Shown here: positions 39,000-52,330 of the stretch, piece after piece
Position numbering within the stretch: position 1 is the stretch's first letter
How the letters are laid out: each line of letters starts with the position of its first letter
DNA from: Oikopleura dioica
Taxonomy: Eukaryota; Animalia; Chordata
Assembly (NCBI GenBank): GCA_907165135.1
Contig: OU015568.1
Coordinates: 10,726,001-10,790,000, forward strand
DNA: 64,000 nt
Reading direction: 5' to 3'
Translations under genes and position numbers: made by a program
Notes under the pieces: generated by a model
What the model was told of the DNA's origin: nothing
Seen by the model: only the letters and a program-made list of their open reading frames with translations
The model's database searches: none

Positions 39000-41900
39000 A
39001 CAAGTCCGGTTAGAATCTGATGAATCCGTAATTATGCTGGTTTATGCAAAACCAGTACTGCACTAGTCGCCGAGAAAGTACTTTTTGGCTAATGCCGCTT
39101 GAGCTGATTAAGGTGTCCGGCTGTCATCCCGGTGTTTTAAAATCGACACTATTTTATAAACGAAGTTTATCACAGTTTAGTTTCAACCCGGAGGAAGCAA
39201 AGACGCGATCAAGATAGGAAGCTAAAAGTCCAATGGTTCCCCCGAAAGTAAATCTTTCCGTTTGAAGAATAATTTTTCTACGGTAGTACTCAAAATCACA
39301 TTTGCGAGTCAGTTAGAGGCGAATGTTTGATATTAATTCGAGATATTCTTCTCTTCAAAATTATGAAGGTCTCATGCAATAAATTTGATGCCAAAATGTT
39401 CTCGTCTGGATTTCGAAATTTATTTTTATAAAAATTTAAGTGCTCAGCGCTCTGCGCGACTGGTAATCATCCGGATTAGAATAATTTCGATTTTGTTTAG
39501 GCAGTTGGCGGAGATCTTGCAAGCTGAGCCCATCAAGAGGGTTTGGATATAAAATGGAAACTACCTTCTGAGCTGCAGCGGGTGTGAAAATCCGATGAGC
39601 CTTACCGCAATCGTTCTTTTCCTAGTAGAACTTTTTTGTCTATTAAGAAATATCTTTCGCTTATTGAATCTAATAAACTGAGAACGTACCAAAAAATAGT
39701 TAGTCGAATCAGTGCCAAACTGCCCATGAGTGTTAGAATGCGCGAGCTCTTTACTTGAGCCGAGACGGCTGGTCTAAGCGGATGATCTGCGTAACCAGGG
39801 AAGCATGTTTTGCGCGGGATCAGCCTCAGCGGCTTGGAATAACTACCGGTCGGTGCAACACATGTTCAGCCGGGATTAGCACGTGACCTCGCGCAGATGA
39901 CCCCGAGAGCCGACTTGTACATGCATAAACGATGCCGAATAACAAAAGAGAGAGCTAGTACCCTTCCTGCTTAGGCGGCTGAGCGAAGCTTTATCTCGGT
40001 TCCTTCTAAATCCTAACCTTGACAAAGAAGTTCACTTCAACTCTTTGTTCATTTCTATTTTAGAGTTAGATTTTTTCTTTCATCGAGTGATTGAGATGCT
40101 CGAATCTCAAATCCCTGTTTCCAATGAAAATTGACAACTTCAAATTTATGAAAATCTCGGCGCCAGGCTCGCTTTTCGTCCAAACCGCGAAGCCTATTAT
40201 ATAGTCGGCTGAGCTGGAAATATTTCTCAGATTTAGGCGTCCGTAATCCGCTTCCGCCACTTCTAACAACATTTCCAAAATCCCAAATATGTGGCTGCCA
40301 GAGCCCCCAGCCCAAAAGGGGATTCGAATGGCTCAAGCTCGTTCAACTCGCCGCTAAAGCCGGAAGGAAATAAACGCCTTGGTTAGATTTTTTTCTATAA
40401 TTGAATTTCTTCAACTTCTTGCAAGATTAATTAAATAAATTCATTCGATAATAAATATTTTTCTATTTGGCCTTTTGTTGGTTTTTGATGAATCTCATTT
40501 TAGGAAGTCCAAAAATGGCCCTACAAAAGTTCAGCTTATAAAAGGCAGCTGAAAGTACAACGGAGCGACAACACTTGAGCATAAAAACGAGCACGACTAC
40601 TTAGAAGGCTGAGCGGGATAAGCCGTGTTCAGCAGGATAAGACAAAAGCCAATTTTTCAACCTTTTGTTCCTTCTGGATAAAGAAGGGTGGGAACATTTG
40701 CATGAGCCGCTTTTGGGAGATGAGCAACTTTTTATCTCCGAAAGAGAAATTTCTGTTGAATTAGAAAGAGGGCTTCTTGGTTGATTTCAGCGATCCTAAG
40801 TAGAGGTCGATGGCGAGAGGTAAAAAGTGTCGCATGAGCGTTTGAAATGGTCTATAAAACCGTTTCCGTAAATAAGGGCAAGTGCGTTATTAGATCAGTA
40901 AATCCTCTGGGAGCTCGGCCGCGAATGGAAATCCGATTCACAAGTCGGTACCGGTAGCGTTAACGCCCCGCCAAACGGTTAACCTTCTTAACTTCTTTAA
41001 TCGATTCCGTCCCTAACAGGGGGATATCCGACGGCTTCCCATTCCCACTAATTTCAGTAATCAAGTCGATCCCAGCTTGGCCTTCATTTGTGGATTCCGC
41101 CTCGCACACAGGTGCACCTGTCACCTCAAGACCCAAAACCATTTTCGACGGCTTTTCTCAACCGCCCGGTAGATCCTTACTCAACAACAATCAATCGTCG
41201 ATTCTTTTTATAGCCGCTTACTAAATCCTAACTTCCAAACAAAAAGTTATCTGCCGGATTGGAAGGAGGACAGCTCCCGCGTAAATTGTTAATTTCTTGC
41301 GAAAGGGGCGCGCTCCGGAAGCGATTTCGTATTCGGATGGGATAAGCAGATGAATAGTGCCCGAGCACGGTTTTAAATATTGTTTTCATTTGGGGCGCCT
41401 TTCTCTTTTTGTCCAGATGATCCCACCGGTGGAATAGGTAGCGCGGCGCATCCGGTTTACGGGCGGTACTCGGGTGCGATTTGGCGCAGGCTAAGCCGAT
41501 TATTCAAATTTCAATCCGCTTTCGCGAGTCTCTCGCATGGGGCTTAGCCTCACGCGCTCCCATCGACTTTAGCTTTGAGCTCAAAACTAAACTCTATTCA
41601 TGGCTTTCATTATCCAATTTTCCAATCATGAAATCTGCTGTGCCCAAAACTAAAACTTACATTTCTGGTTTTCTTTGGCGCATCCGTCGGTTGTTTAGGT
41701 TTTCTTCAAGCTGTCTTTTTGGCGATGATTCTCTCTTGGAAACAATTCTTTCTCGAGGTAATGATCTTCGAATCTTTGATAATTTTTTCTTATGAAAAAA
41801 AATAAAAAAAATTTAAGGCTTCCTACAGCATGAGCTGGCGAATCCGTTGTGTGTGTGTCTGGCGGGTAGCGCAGCTCGGATAGGTAAAGCTCTAAGCCAA

Positions 41901-44900
41901 CTAAGCCGATTAGTCGCCCGCCTCCCCGCAGCAGCACCGAGTGTCCACCACCCAGCGCACCTTGCGCGAGCGCTAGAAACTCAACGAAGGACTCGCCACG
42001 AGTGACGCTATTCAACTCTTCTTCTACGATGATTTTGTAACGTTATGATCTCCCCCCAATCTTCATGGATTTCAAACTGTCTATTTTAACACTAGAATGG
42101 CACAGCAATATTTTCTTGGTCGTCTTATTTCCGTAATCGAACGACAAGAATCGTTCAAATATCAAGATTTTCCTAAGTAACTTCACTTCACAAAAATAGT
42201 ATTTTAGAAGAAAAAGAACCTTCAAGAATAGGCGATAATAAATTTCAAAGAAACCGAATACATCGTATTTTGGCAAGGATATTTCTAATTGACCCTTGTG
42301 GGTAACTTATCTGGATCTAAGCCTCTTAGTTCGGACAGGTGGTGGAGGTGGCGTCTTTTCTGAATCTTCTTGTAAACGTCAAACTGTTCTGCTCAGCCGC
42401 CCTGATCGCCTTTTGAGCTGTCTTGCGACTATCATCCCCGAAAAAAATGTAATTCAACGCTGAGCCCTCCCGTCAGGCAGGATGAGCTACTGGTCATCCC
42501 GGCCGAACGTTGTGCTCCCTCGTTGGAGAGTACTTCCAAATGAAAAGGATTGAAAAGGATAATCCTCCGGTGCTGGATCTGGTGTAACTCCTCCAGATTA
42601 CAAATTATTGTGGCGGGCAGCGGCACAAGACCGCACAGCTATTTTCGAAAAATAAAACAATTGGAATTAGTAAAACCGCACCTGCACGTCCCCTGGATTA
42701 ATGTGTGCCGTCGAAAGATGCCTTCAACTTTACTCACTAAAGTTCCTTCTCGAGCGAATTTCTGTGAAAGTAGAATGAGTTTTTACCAACGTACATTTGT
42801 TTGTATCTGCACACTTAACCCACCAAAAGAGCTGCATATCCTTTGATAAAGTAGCTTTACTTTTCCTATTTCAATCGGATAATACCGCTCATTCGTTTAT
42901 CATTGACGCCGTTTCTAGCGCAGAAAAGCCAGTGCCCGTGCTTGTAATCCGGGCGGGGTGAAAACAACTCAAAGATATAATCCCGCCTCGAATCGAGCAC
43001 CAGGAAACTACTTTCCGCAATTAATCCTCATGCGGATTACACCTCTAATGCGAATGCAAACTTCCCGAAAGATAGCCAATTAAAGATTCTCATTATAGTT
43101 TTGTAAAACGGCGATAACAGGAGGACTTATTGTAGAAACTTGTAGAACAAAAGCTGTGATAGGTGAAATAGTGTAACCTTGTGAACTTATTCAAAACGCA
43201 TGTTCTAAAATCGACAGAATTGATTTCGAGGAAGAGATTTTTAATAAAAGACAAAAATTATTTTACAAAATTATTTTTTAAAATAAAAGCATGAAATCGC
43301 CTTCGATTCACACAATCTCATAGAAAGATCTTGATCTCGATTCTTTACAAGTTATTCTTTCTTAACCTCATTATGATTTTCCCGTTACTGCGGGAGGCGC
43401 CTTAGCCTCTTTCTCCCGTCTTATCCCAGCCCCATCTGATGCGTTAATGAGGTTTATTTACGGAGTTTTAGGCGAATTTCAATCGAAATTTAAATCGTAC
43501 TCAGCCAGCTTTGGCGAGGGCTAAGCTGGCGAAGCCGATTTGCGCTCACCATGGAGTCCTTTCGGCGCAAACCGATTTCGAGAGGCAGCGCAAATCGCCT
43601 CACAGAATTTCAGATAGAAAAGGAGTAATCGAAGGAGGATTAGTATTTGGATTATTTCAACCGATCAGGAGGAGGTTACTCGCACTCTTTGATTTATGAC
43701 TCCAAGATTTAAGTTTAAGATACTATACAGTAGTTAACTGTCTTACCCTCGTGCAAAACTATTCTTTTGAAGATCATTTATGATCGATCCACCTCGTAGA
43801 AACCGAGGAATTCTAACCCAAAGCCTATTGCCGAATTTTGAAAATAAAATAATTTGCAGGATAAGAATTTTATCATCGTAAATTGCCACTGCTTTTTCAT
43901 ACGAGTAAGGGTGATCCTACTCATTACCGACGGCAGCAAGCGTAAGCGCATTAGGTACCCTTAAATAGCATAAGCCATTTTAGTGTAAATATAATTATTT
44001 TTAGCTTGAGGAAAGAAAAAACGATCGCACTCTTGATCCTTCCTCTCGCAGGATCTCGCCAGTCTTTAATTTTCGGCAACATTTAAATCAAAAGTAGCAA
44101 TCAAAATACCCGGTCTATTAACGAGCTGGATGAAAATTTAAAAGGGAGTTTGTGGAAGCGACCTTTTCGGGAGGATATATTCACCGATTTCGATCCGATT
44201 ACTACTAGAATTTGGTATTTTGGCTGCGCCGAGCTCAGAGAATGACTCGACTCATTTATTTACCTTTTTGTGTTTAGCGTAAAAGGTCAAAAATGCGAAA
44301 AATGCGCCGCAAAGAGGATCAGCTCCGGCTCACCGCCTGGCGCGGATCAGCTCCCTGGGATCTTAAGGGTAAACACTCTCCCACGGACGAGCTAGATTTG
44401 TCATTTTAGGGCGAGATCAGCCTGATTAGCCTTTCTTTGTTATTTTTGCGAAAAGAGAAAGAAATTATGATGAGTTTTTTTTCTTATCAATCCCTAATAG
44501 CCGCTTGATAAGACCCCTGTGAATTCCCTCTTCTTTGATTTCCTGTACCTAATTGTAAAAAAACACCTTTTCAGCAGAAAAGCTCGAATACAATAAAAAG
44601 CTAAGCGCGGCTCTAGAAGCACCATCCTCACCGCGCAAAATGGGATGATCCGTCGTTGATCCGCCCGCTTGTATATATAATTAAGACTGGTTGAAAAAAC
44701 TCGAGGCCAAGTGGCTTTTTGGGGTTCGGGCAAGAAATTGCAGCCTTCTGCGGCTGCTGATCAAAAGATTAGCTGCGAACTTATCTGCTGATCTCAAGTG
44801 CACAAAATCGAGCTTCTAGCGAGCCTAATAACCGAACATTTACGCGCGTTTTTTCTTGTTTAGAAAACACATCGCCGGCGAGTTCTTTGGCGATTTTGAG
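39000..44900. promoter_or_regulatory. About 6 kb mostly non-coding region, likely cis-regulatory or intronic for the BTB-HMG gene
   Basis: No credible domain-bearing ORF in an otherwise very compact region. Eleven TAATCC/GGATTA hexamers between 39473 and 43654. Confidence 0.55.
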
Positions 44901-44938
44901 GTTTATTTTCTGGTGTACAAAAATGATGAAGAAACGAG

Positions 44939-45903
44939 TTAGAAATTTAGGTCAAAGTTGACGCCAAATCGAGGCGCTTGCCATTGCAGAGCGTTGAATT
45001 GACATCCGATTGTGCATTTGATCTTTTCCAAAGTTCCAAGGTCCAGAAACTGAAGAGAAAATTGTAAATTGTTCAAACATCGAACTACTCACCGCGGTCT
45101 GGGCAAAAGAAACTTCTCCGTTGTGGTCGACTTTCGCATAAAGATCAGCTTTCGGTAGTCGCTTTTTCACCGCCAGAACGAGACTATGCGAGGAATTTCC
45201 CTTTGACCAGCCGTACTCGATTCCTCCCTCTGCTGTTTCACCGGCCTAGAAGTTGACCTTGAGCACGAGCAATTTATAATGCTATGAGAAAAAACCTGAA
45301 TTAATCCAATTTTAAACTTGTTGAAGTCGGTCTCGAGCGATACATTCTTCGTTGGGTTGAGTGTATATTTTAAATTCCGCGGCTGGAAGAGCTTGCCATT
45401 GAGCTGGGCGGAAGCGTCGCCGTAAATCCCCTTCAAGTTGATTTTGGCTTCTCTGGGCGCGCTGTAGTCAATGTTGGCTGATCCTCTTAGATAGGAAGAA
45501 ATTAGCTCTAATCTCGTTGCGTTGCCAAATTTGCTCGTTTCCGGAACAAAAGAAACAACATGGTTCAGCTTTAAGAATCCGTTGATGTCTTTCTTCACGT
45601 CGAGTTGGAAGGTCCTTCCATCGAAGGAATACGACGATGGAACAGAAAACGATGGCTAAAGCTTTTTTTTTTCATGGAAACAAAAAGACTGATGATTACC
45701 TGCAAGACTCCTTTTAGGAGATCATCAGAGGATGAGCGTAGTGTGCATCCGATATTTTCCCCTTTCGACGATGCTTTGAGAGAAAAATCGGAGCATTTGC
45801 AGCTCGATTTGACGGATCCAGGGCTGAAGGGCTAGAAATATTTACATTCTGCTTTTGATTATTTCTTTTTAGGTACCGCCTTAAGCTTTTTTGTTAGGTT
45901 CAT
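44939..45903 (-). CDS. Divergent VDAC/Porin_3-like beta-barrel protein
   Basis: Alternating beta-strand pattern. LVLAVKKRLPKADLYAKVDHNGEVSF and terminal PRFGVNFDLNF* resemble the VDAC FSAKVNNSSLIG..HKLGLGLEF segment. Multi-exon, about 270 aa. Confidence 0.65.
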
Positions 45904-46293
45904 AAACACGAGTACACAAAACGATCGATTTACCTCTATAAAAATCATTCGTTATGTAAAGAAGTTTCATCGAGATACACACTCCTACTATTTCAGACTT
46001 TCTTATTTATCATAATGTCTTTTAGTCGCAACTGCGAGTCAAGTCAGCAGAAAAATCTAGGGCGCTATTTACATCCTATTATCACTTACCACGTTCAAGA
46101 CGTTCGGACTTGGCTGGTCAAACTCATCAAAGTACTCCATCCTTACTCTCTTTTTATTCAATTTATCAAAAATTACTCGATTTCAACCTCCTATTTTCTT
46201 TGAAAAACAACGCCGGAAATGATGATTTACGAACGAGAACTTTCTTTGATGATTGTTTTTGATTTATTTTCAGGTAGAATACCAGTCGACAGC

Positions 46294-49200
46294 TTAGAAT
46301 GTATCAAGACTGAATTCTTCCACTTTATCCTTCTTTCCTTTCGTAAGTTTCTTCTTTTCTGACTTCGACATTCTCGAAATATCAACTTCTGGCTCTTCTG
46401 CTTCTTCGTCTTCTTCTCTTTCACCATCTATAATTGTCGGTGAAAAAGTCTTAGCTCTTTCATTCTTACCTGATGCATCGGAGTCGACATTCTCGGCCAT
46501 TCTTTCGAACTCAAGTCTGTTCTTTTCTCGCTCAGCTTGGCCTTCCTCGGATTCCAGGTACTCTTTGAGTCCCTTTTCTGCTTTGGGAATGTGTCCTTGC
46601 AGCTTCTCTTTCCTCTCCTGAATTGAAAATTAATAATTATTCTTGCTCTCGGTAAGGCGAAAAACCTGATCTTTGGCTCGTTTATATGATGCAAGCTCTG
46701 CCATAAGAGGAGTGCCTTCATCATAAATCTTCTTTTGCCATTCTTGAATTTCTTCCAGCTGATGAGGTTTCAATTTTGACTGAATGTAACTCGTAACTTT
46801 TTCTAACGAATGGACAGTACCTTTTCTCTTCGGTTTCAATGTACTCAATGTTCTTCTCCATAATCCCATGAAGCTTTTTGATGCTATTCCTGTGACTTTT
46901 ATTCTTCGTATCCTAACAAGAATCAAAGCGATGATCTAACAAGATTCCTACCTTTGAAAACTCTCGCATACGCTTCATCGCCATTCTGACAATTTCTGGA
47001 AAGTCGATTCTGTGGCTAATAGCAGCTGAGTACGTAAATGCTACATCATAAAGCTCATCCAGGATTTTGTCTGGTAATCTGCGATAATTTTTGATAAAGA
47101 CAGTAACCTTCTGATCTTTACCGTTTATTGTTGACTTGGCCCGAAGAGAGCTTCAAAGCAATTTGAAAGTCCGGAAGAATGTTTCCCTGATTCAAGTCAC
47201 CTTCCATGAGGACTTGTTGAGATGGAGCCTTCGATCCAGTGGGCAAGAACTTGAACAACTCGAGAATATACGGCCAGAGAGGGATGTACTTTTGCTCCGG
47301 TCCACAGAGCAGCAGGGCACATCTGATCATATGAAAGGTCAGAGGCGAAAGTCTCGGCGAGCCGGAGATAATGTCGAAAACACCGAAGATGATCTGGATC
47401 AAAGGAAGATAGAGCTCGTCCAGCGCTGGAGTCGTCACAAGAATCTTCGACTTTTACAAGGGCTTACGTAACGATGACGTCACGCTTATCTCAAACTTGA
47501 TCGGGTAAAAACGCCAAAGAAAAAAATACAAAAAAGAGGTGAAAATGCAGGCGAGAGTCAAGTTTATCCATCGAATTGCCGCTGTGAGCGGGTGCTCGGC
47601 AGTCGCTCTTGGCGCGATCGGGGCTCACAAGGTAAATTTAAAAAACTAACTGAATGAAAACTAGAATTTTAACGCTTCATGTTTGTATCTAAGGTAAAAC
47701 CCGTCACCCAAACTCATCAATACGAAAGCTACACGACCGCCAACCGATATCATTTCTATCATACGATGGGCCTCTTTACTGCACAATTTTCCTCCTATCC
47801 GCTACTTACAGCTGGCCTTTTCGGCGTCGGAATGCTGATGTTTTGCTCTGCCGCTTACATGGAAGGCCTTACTGAACTTCCAGATCTGGAAGGCGCGTCC
47901 TGGGCCGAATACATGAAGAGAACGAAAGACGAGCATAAATTCGTCTTTCTCATGCCGGTCGGAGGCACCTGCTTTATGCTCGGCTGGCTCTCCCATATCT
48001 TATAAATCTACTTCTATCTTTCGAAATTTCGTAAGCCCTGTACCCATAAAGAAACTGCGGATAAAAATTGCCAATTACAAATCGTCCTTCTCGTATCTTT
48101 CGAAGCATTCATTAGCGCTTTTCTGAGGTGAATTGCCAGCTGACGAATATACAGGAATCCGTGTTGATAGCTGAATAATCTCAATTAAAAAGCACTTTAA
48201 AATTTCTTAATTGGAAAGAAATGGCGAAATTTTTTGATTGAAAAATTGCGAGATAATTGCTTACCATACGACGTCGTTTAATTTATAAAGCTCGATCAGG
48301 CAGTTCTGCATGAAATAAATATTCGGCAAGGTGCTTGTATTGACAAATTTGGCATTTGCAAGGTAGGCTTTGTACATCATTCGCATTGTGCCTTCAACTG
48401 CATCCGGTTTATGTCGCAGGACTTTATGAATCGTTAGGAAGGCCTGTACTCGTTGAGTCTGCTCCTCCGATTTCGCCCAGACTCCGACGACTGCTTTTAG
48501 GAGAGGCTTCGTCATGGTGGAGGCCATGAACAGAATGGAAGTGTTTCTGATAGTCGTGAGCAAATTATTCTGAGCACTCTTATCCAGCAATCGTTCGAGC
48601 AGCGCCAGATAGGCCTTGAGAAGCAATTTGATCGGCCGCCGAAGCTTTTTCCAAAGTTTGTGTTGCATGAGCTGGCCTGGTTTTGAGTTTTCTTCCAACT
48701 CGAATAATTTGAAAAGGCAGGGAGGCACTTTTGCGATCGCAGCGGTGCACAACTCTGGGAAAAGATTTCCAGTCGTTTTCACTTTGGACAGGAACTTCTT
48801 GTCGTGCTTGTTTTTCTCGCCACCGTCTCTTGAATCCAACTGCACGATGCTCGAGTATAACGTTGTCGCTATTCTGTCAACTGGTCTATGAAAGCCGGAT
48901 TCCAGTTGTTCGATCCAACTATTCAGTTTTTCCGAAGTAATGAGCTTTTTGTCCGACTCAGGATCATCCATTTCCGCCTCGTCGTTATCAGAATCATTAT
49001 CGAGCTGGAGACCCCCATCAAAATCCATTTCATCGAGTTCTTCTTCGTCTGAGCTCATTTCGGCGAAATGACCCGCATCTGACTCTGGATCATCTTCCTT
49101 TTCTTCAGATGGCTCTTGATCCATTTCTTCCTCTTCATCATCAGAAAAATCAACGTCGTTTTCAATCTTATCGAAAAGCTCTTCTCCTTCATCATCTTCC

Positions 49201-49520
49201 ACAGAATTTTTGTCTTCTTTTTCCTCCTCGGAATCAGAGCCTGACAATTCGTGATCTCCATCTGCGAAGTCTAAGAATTCCTGATCAACGCCTTCTCCTT
49301 TCAAAAACTCCATGAAGTCTTCTGTGCTTTCCGCTTCAACCTTTTCTTTAATGGCAGGTGCTTTTGGCGCTGTTTTCTTGCTTCCACTGTTTGGTTTAGC
49401 GGTTGCCACTTTAGCTGGCTTAGTTTTGGTAACTTGAGGCTTTGAAGCAGTCACAGAGACTCCGCTATCGCCATCAAGAAGGGCCGATAGTTCTTTACGA
49501 CTTCGCTTCCTCTTCACCAT
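46294..49520 (-). CDS. NOC2L: Nucleolar complex protein 2 homolog
   Basis: Acidic N-terminus; RVQAFLTI..MYKAYLANAKF..NIYFMQNCLIELY; YQHGFLYIRQLAIHLR; CNWQF..LW..LYLPLIQ; PLTFHMIRCALLL; DEGTPL. Confidence 0.9.
47545..48005 (+). CDS. TMEM256: TMEM256 (DUF423), nested antisense in a NOC2L intron
   Basis: IAAVSGCSAVALGAIGAH; ANRYHFYHTMGL; AGLFGVGMLMFCSAAY; LMPVGGTCFMLGWLS. Confidence 0.88.
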
Positions 49521-49991
49521 TCTATAAGATTTCAAGGTCAAATACTTCCCCCTTCTTCTCCCGATCATTAGCCACACGACTTCCCACCTCGTCCCTAATT
49601 AGCCCTTTTGATGTATCTACTTATTGATATTTATTTAACATTCCTAGAGAGCCAGCCCGACAAAATTAACATCCAAGTGAGAACCGACCAAAGCGAATAT
49701 AAAGGCGGCAAAGATGGATACATCAGTAGAGAACAAGGAGAACTATTATTGAGATCAGGGCGATGTCAACCATTCTGTTACTAAAGGTGGACAGATATTT
49801 TAACTCCAGAAGTACACAATGGTTGAGATTGCACCGATTCACGCTCGACCGAAATACTGAAAAGCCTGCAATAAAATAGAGACACAGAAACGAAGAGTTT
49901 TTCTCGAGGAGATTTTGATAGCGGAATCGTCAAAATTGTCAAAGAGAAAGACTCAAAATGTGTACAAGTCCAGAATTCGAATAGTCTGTAT

Positions 49992-50569
49992 TTAGATAAT
50001 GAATTCGTATGGAATAGGGGCGACCATCTCGGGTTCTTTGCCGAAGAGCTTGACGGTGTGAGCAGGTCGGGGCTGGACGTTGATTCGCTTGACATCAACG
50101 AAGGTGCCGGCCTTCTTGGCCTCAGCGATTCGAGCGTTGTTGGTCTTGACTCGGTCGAGGAAACCCTGTCGGGACTTGGAGTGTCGGACGTGCTCGATTC
50201 GGAGGTTCACTCGCTTGGCGATGATTCGTCCGTTGTGCTACAGCAGTGATCAGAAATTTGACGACAGAGGGAAAAATACCTTCTTGTTGACGATAACACC
50301 GACGGCCTTTCGAGAGACGTTGAAAACTCGGCCAGTGGTTCCGTGGTAAACCTTGTGGGGCATACCCTTCTGGACGGCACCATCACCCTTGATGTCGACG
50401 ATGTCTCCCTAAAATCAACTGTAAGGATTCGCTTACAAGCTGCAAAAAGCTCTCGCTTTACCTTGTGGTAGTTGGCGAAGTAGGTCTTCAAGCCAATAAC
50501 TCCCTTCTTTCGGAAGTCCTTGGAGAACATGTATCGGGTACCACGACGAGTACCTTTAGGGTTGGTCAT
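49992..50569 (-). CDS. RPL21: 60S ribosomal protein L21
   Basis: [68 protein letters not shown]. Confidence 0.97.
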
Positions 50570-51138
50570 TGTGTCCGGTTTTCAATCTAAACAACACGTT
50601 CGTGGATAACTTTATAAGCAGGTGAAATGTAATTGCAGTGGCGACTTGTGCAAATTAGGGTTGGTCATTCGTTCGGACAGTATGTTTTTACTAGCAGTCT
50701 TTTGAGAAGTGATTCAATCTTCCTCTTGAAGAAGTAGTACATTATCACAATGGGATGTTTCCATTGAGGTCGTGCTTTCGTGGCGAATCATTCCTTCTAT
50801 CTGCTGGCTTTCAGCAACATCTTCGTCTTCGTCTTTTCTTTCGACAAGGGTTTTCCCTTGTCGTTCGCAATCTATTCGGAAACTCGCCCCATGAAGGGAC
50901 GAGTATTGCCATTAATCTGCGTCTTGCATTATGAGACGGCTGATGACCATCAGACATCAACCAATCTCTCATTCGAAAGATCCTCAAGCTGGGGATCTTC
51001 AGTCTTCTTCGAATCATCTGAAGACAGCAGCGAACCCAAAGGCCCGCCACTGCCTCCACATGTCGTCGCTACATTCGGGTGTCCGGGACCGGCTGATCCC
51101 GTCAGTCTTTCTCGCATTCTTTTTCTCCATTTATTTTC

Positions 51139-51942
51139 TCATTTTCGTCTCTTCTTTAAGACAATGACTTCCTCCTCTTCTTCCGACGACGAGGAAGCTT
51201 CTCGAATGGCTCGCTTCTTCGGCATGAGCTCATCGAAGAGCGCACCCATTTGGCAGGGTTCTTGTTCTGGTGCGCTCTTCACGACTTCTCCTGTATCTTC
51301 CGCCTGAAGTGTTGCTGGTTTTGGCGGGAGATCAAGAGCATCGCCGGACTTTACTTTTTGAGAATTTTTAATTTGAAAATTTAACTAACTTTCTTAGATT
51401 TGAAGCAAAGAAAGATAGCGTAGTAATCATACAAAATAATAAAAATCCTTTCCTATCAAAGACCTGATAGTAGCCAAACAAGTCACTGCCGCCAATAAAT
51501 TCGGCAAATAACCGTCCCCCATCCGAATCTCCAGCATGCTTTCTTTCGCCGCGAATTCGCACTTTCGCACGACTTCTTGGACGTCTTCTTCGCTCATCCT
51601 GGTGACACGGTCGGGGGCCTTTTGGTTCGACTTCAGCAAGAGGCCATGAGTTGTTAGGCAGCGGACGACGGAGGACAACGCTTTGTGGAATTTGAAGCTC
51701 CTACAGGCGTTCTTCATCTTGTAGACTAAATAATCATTAGCAGCTTTATTTTTCTAAATCGTCTAATAAAATTGATCCGATAAAATTCGAAGAATAAAAT
51801 AGAAAGTTTCCGTCAATGACTCATCAATAGAAAATCTGCTAGAATTTCTTCTCTTACCTATGCATTTCAAATACACAGCCTCTTTGGTGAAGTTTCCGCC
51901 ATCTCTGCACCAGATAATTCTCTTGTCCTCTGCCGAAGTCAT
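51139..51942 (-). CDS. Multi-exon protein of unknown function (3' exons unresolved, may extend to about 50715)
   Basis: ATG at 51942 downstream of a CCAATCAG box. A GT-AG intron joins ..VYLKCI to VYKMKNACRSFKFHKALSSVVRC... An acidic/basic tail exon follows. Confidence 0.45.
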
Positions 51943-52330
51943 CGACGTAGTAACGAGCAAAAGCGTAATTCTTTCTCGGCGGCGAATCTCACTCCACGGT
52001 GTGCGTCCAACGGGGCTTCTGATTGGCTACTGCGCCAGCGTCGTCACGGGAGTGGCTGGTTCTCGAAAGAAACTTTTCTGAGGCACCAATTCGAATTTTT
52101 CAATTTCTCTAAAAAGCGAAAACGCGTCAAAGACAAACCCACCGAGATCTTTATCTAAGAGATAATAACTCGTTTTCGGTATAACTTATTTATAAATTTT
52201 CTTATAGTAAACAGGAGAATTTTCTGAAAGGCTAGAGAATTGATTTTTGAAATGCTTCTCATCTGTCCCAGGAATATCTGCTCCCGAATTTAGATGTATT
52301 TTCTCACTTTCAGGAAGAACTGAAGAAAAG

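Noticed and set aside
41695-42015. 106 aa ORF in the gene desert
   Set aside because: Non-ATG start, runs through a polypyrimidine tract, and has no domain. The overlapping candidate exon uses a different frame.
46790-46830. Possible frameshift in NOC2L
   Set aside because: A 31 nt GT-AG intron can restore the frame, so this cannot be decided without RNA data.
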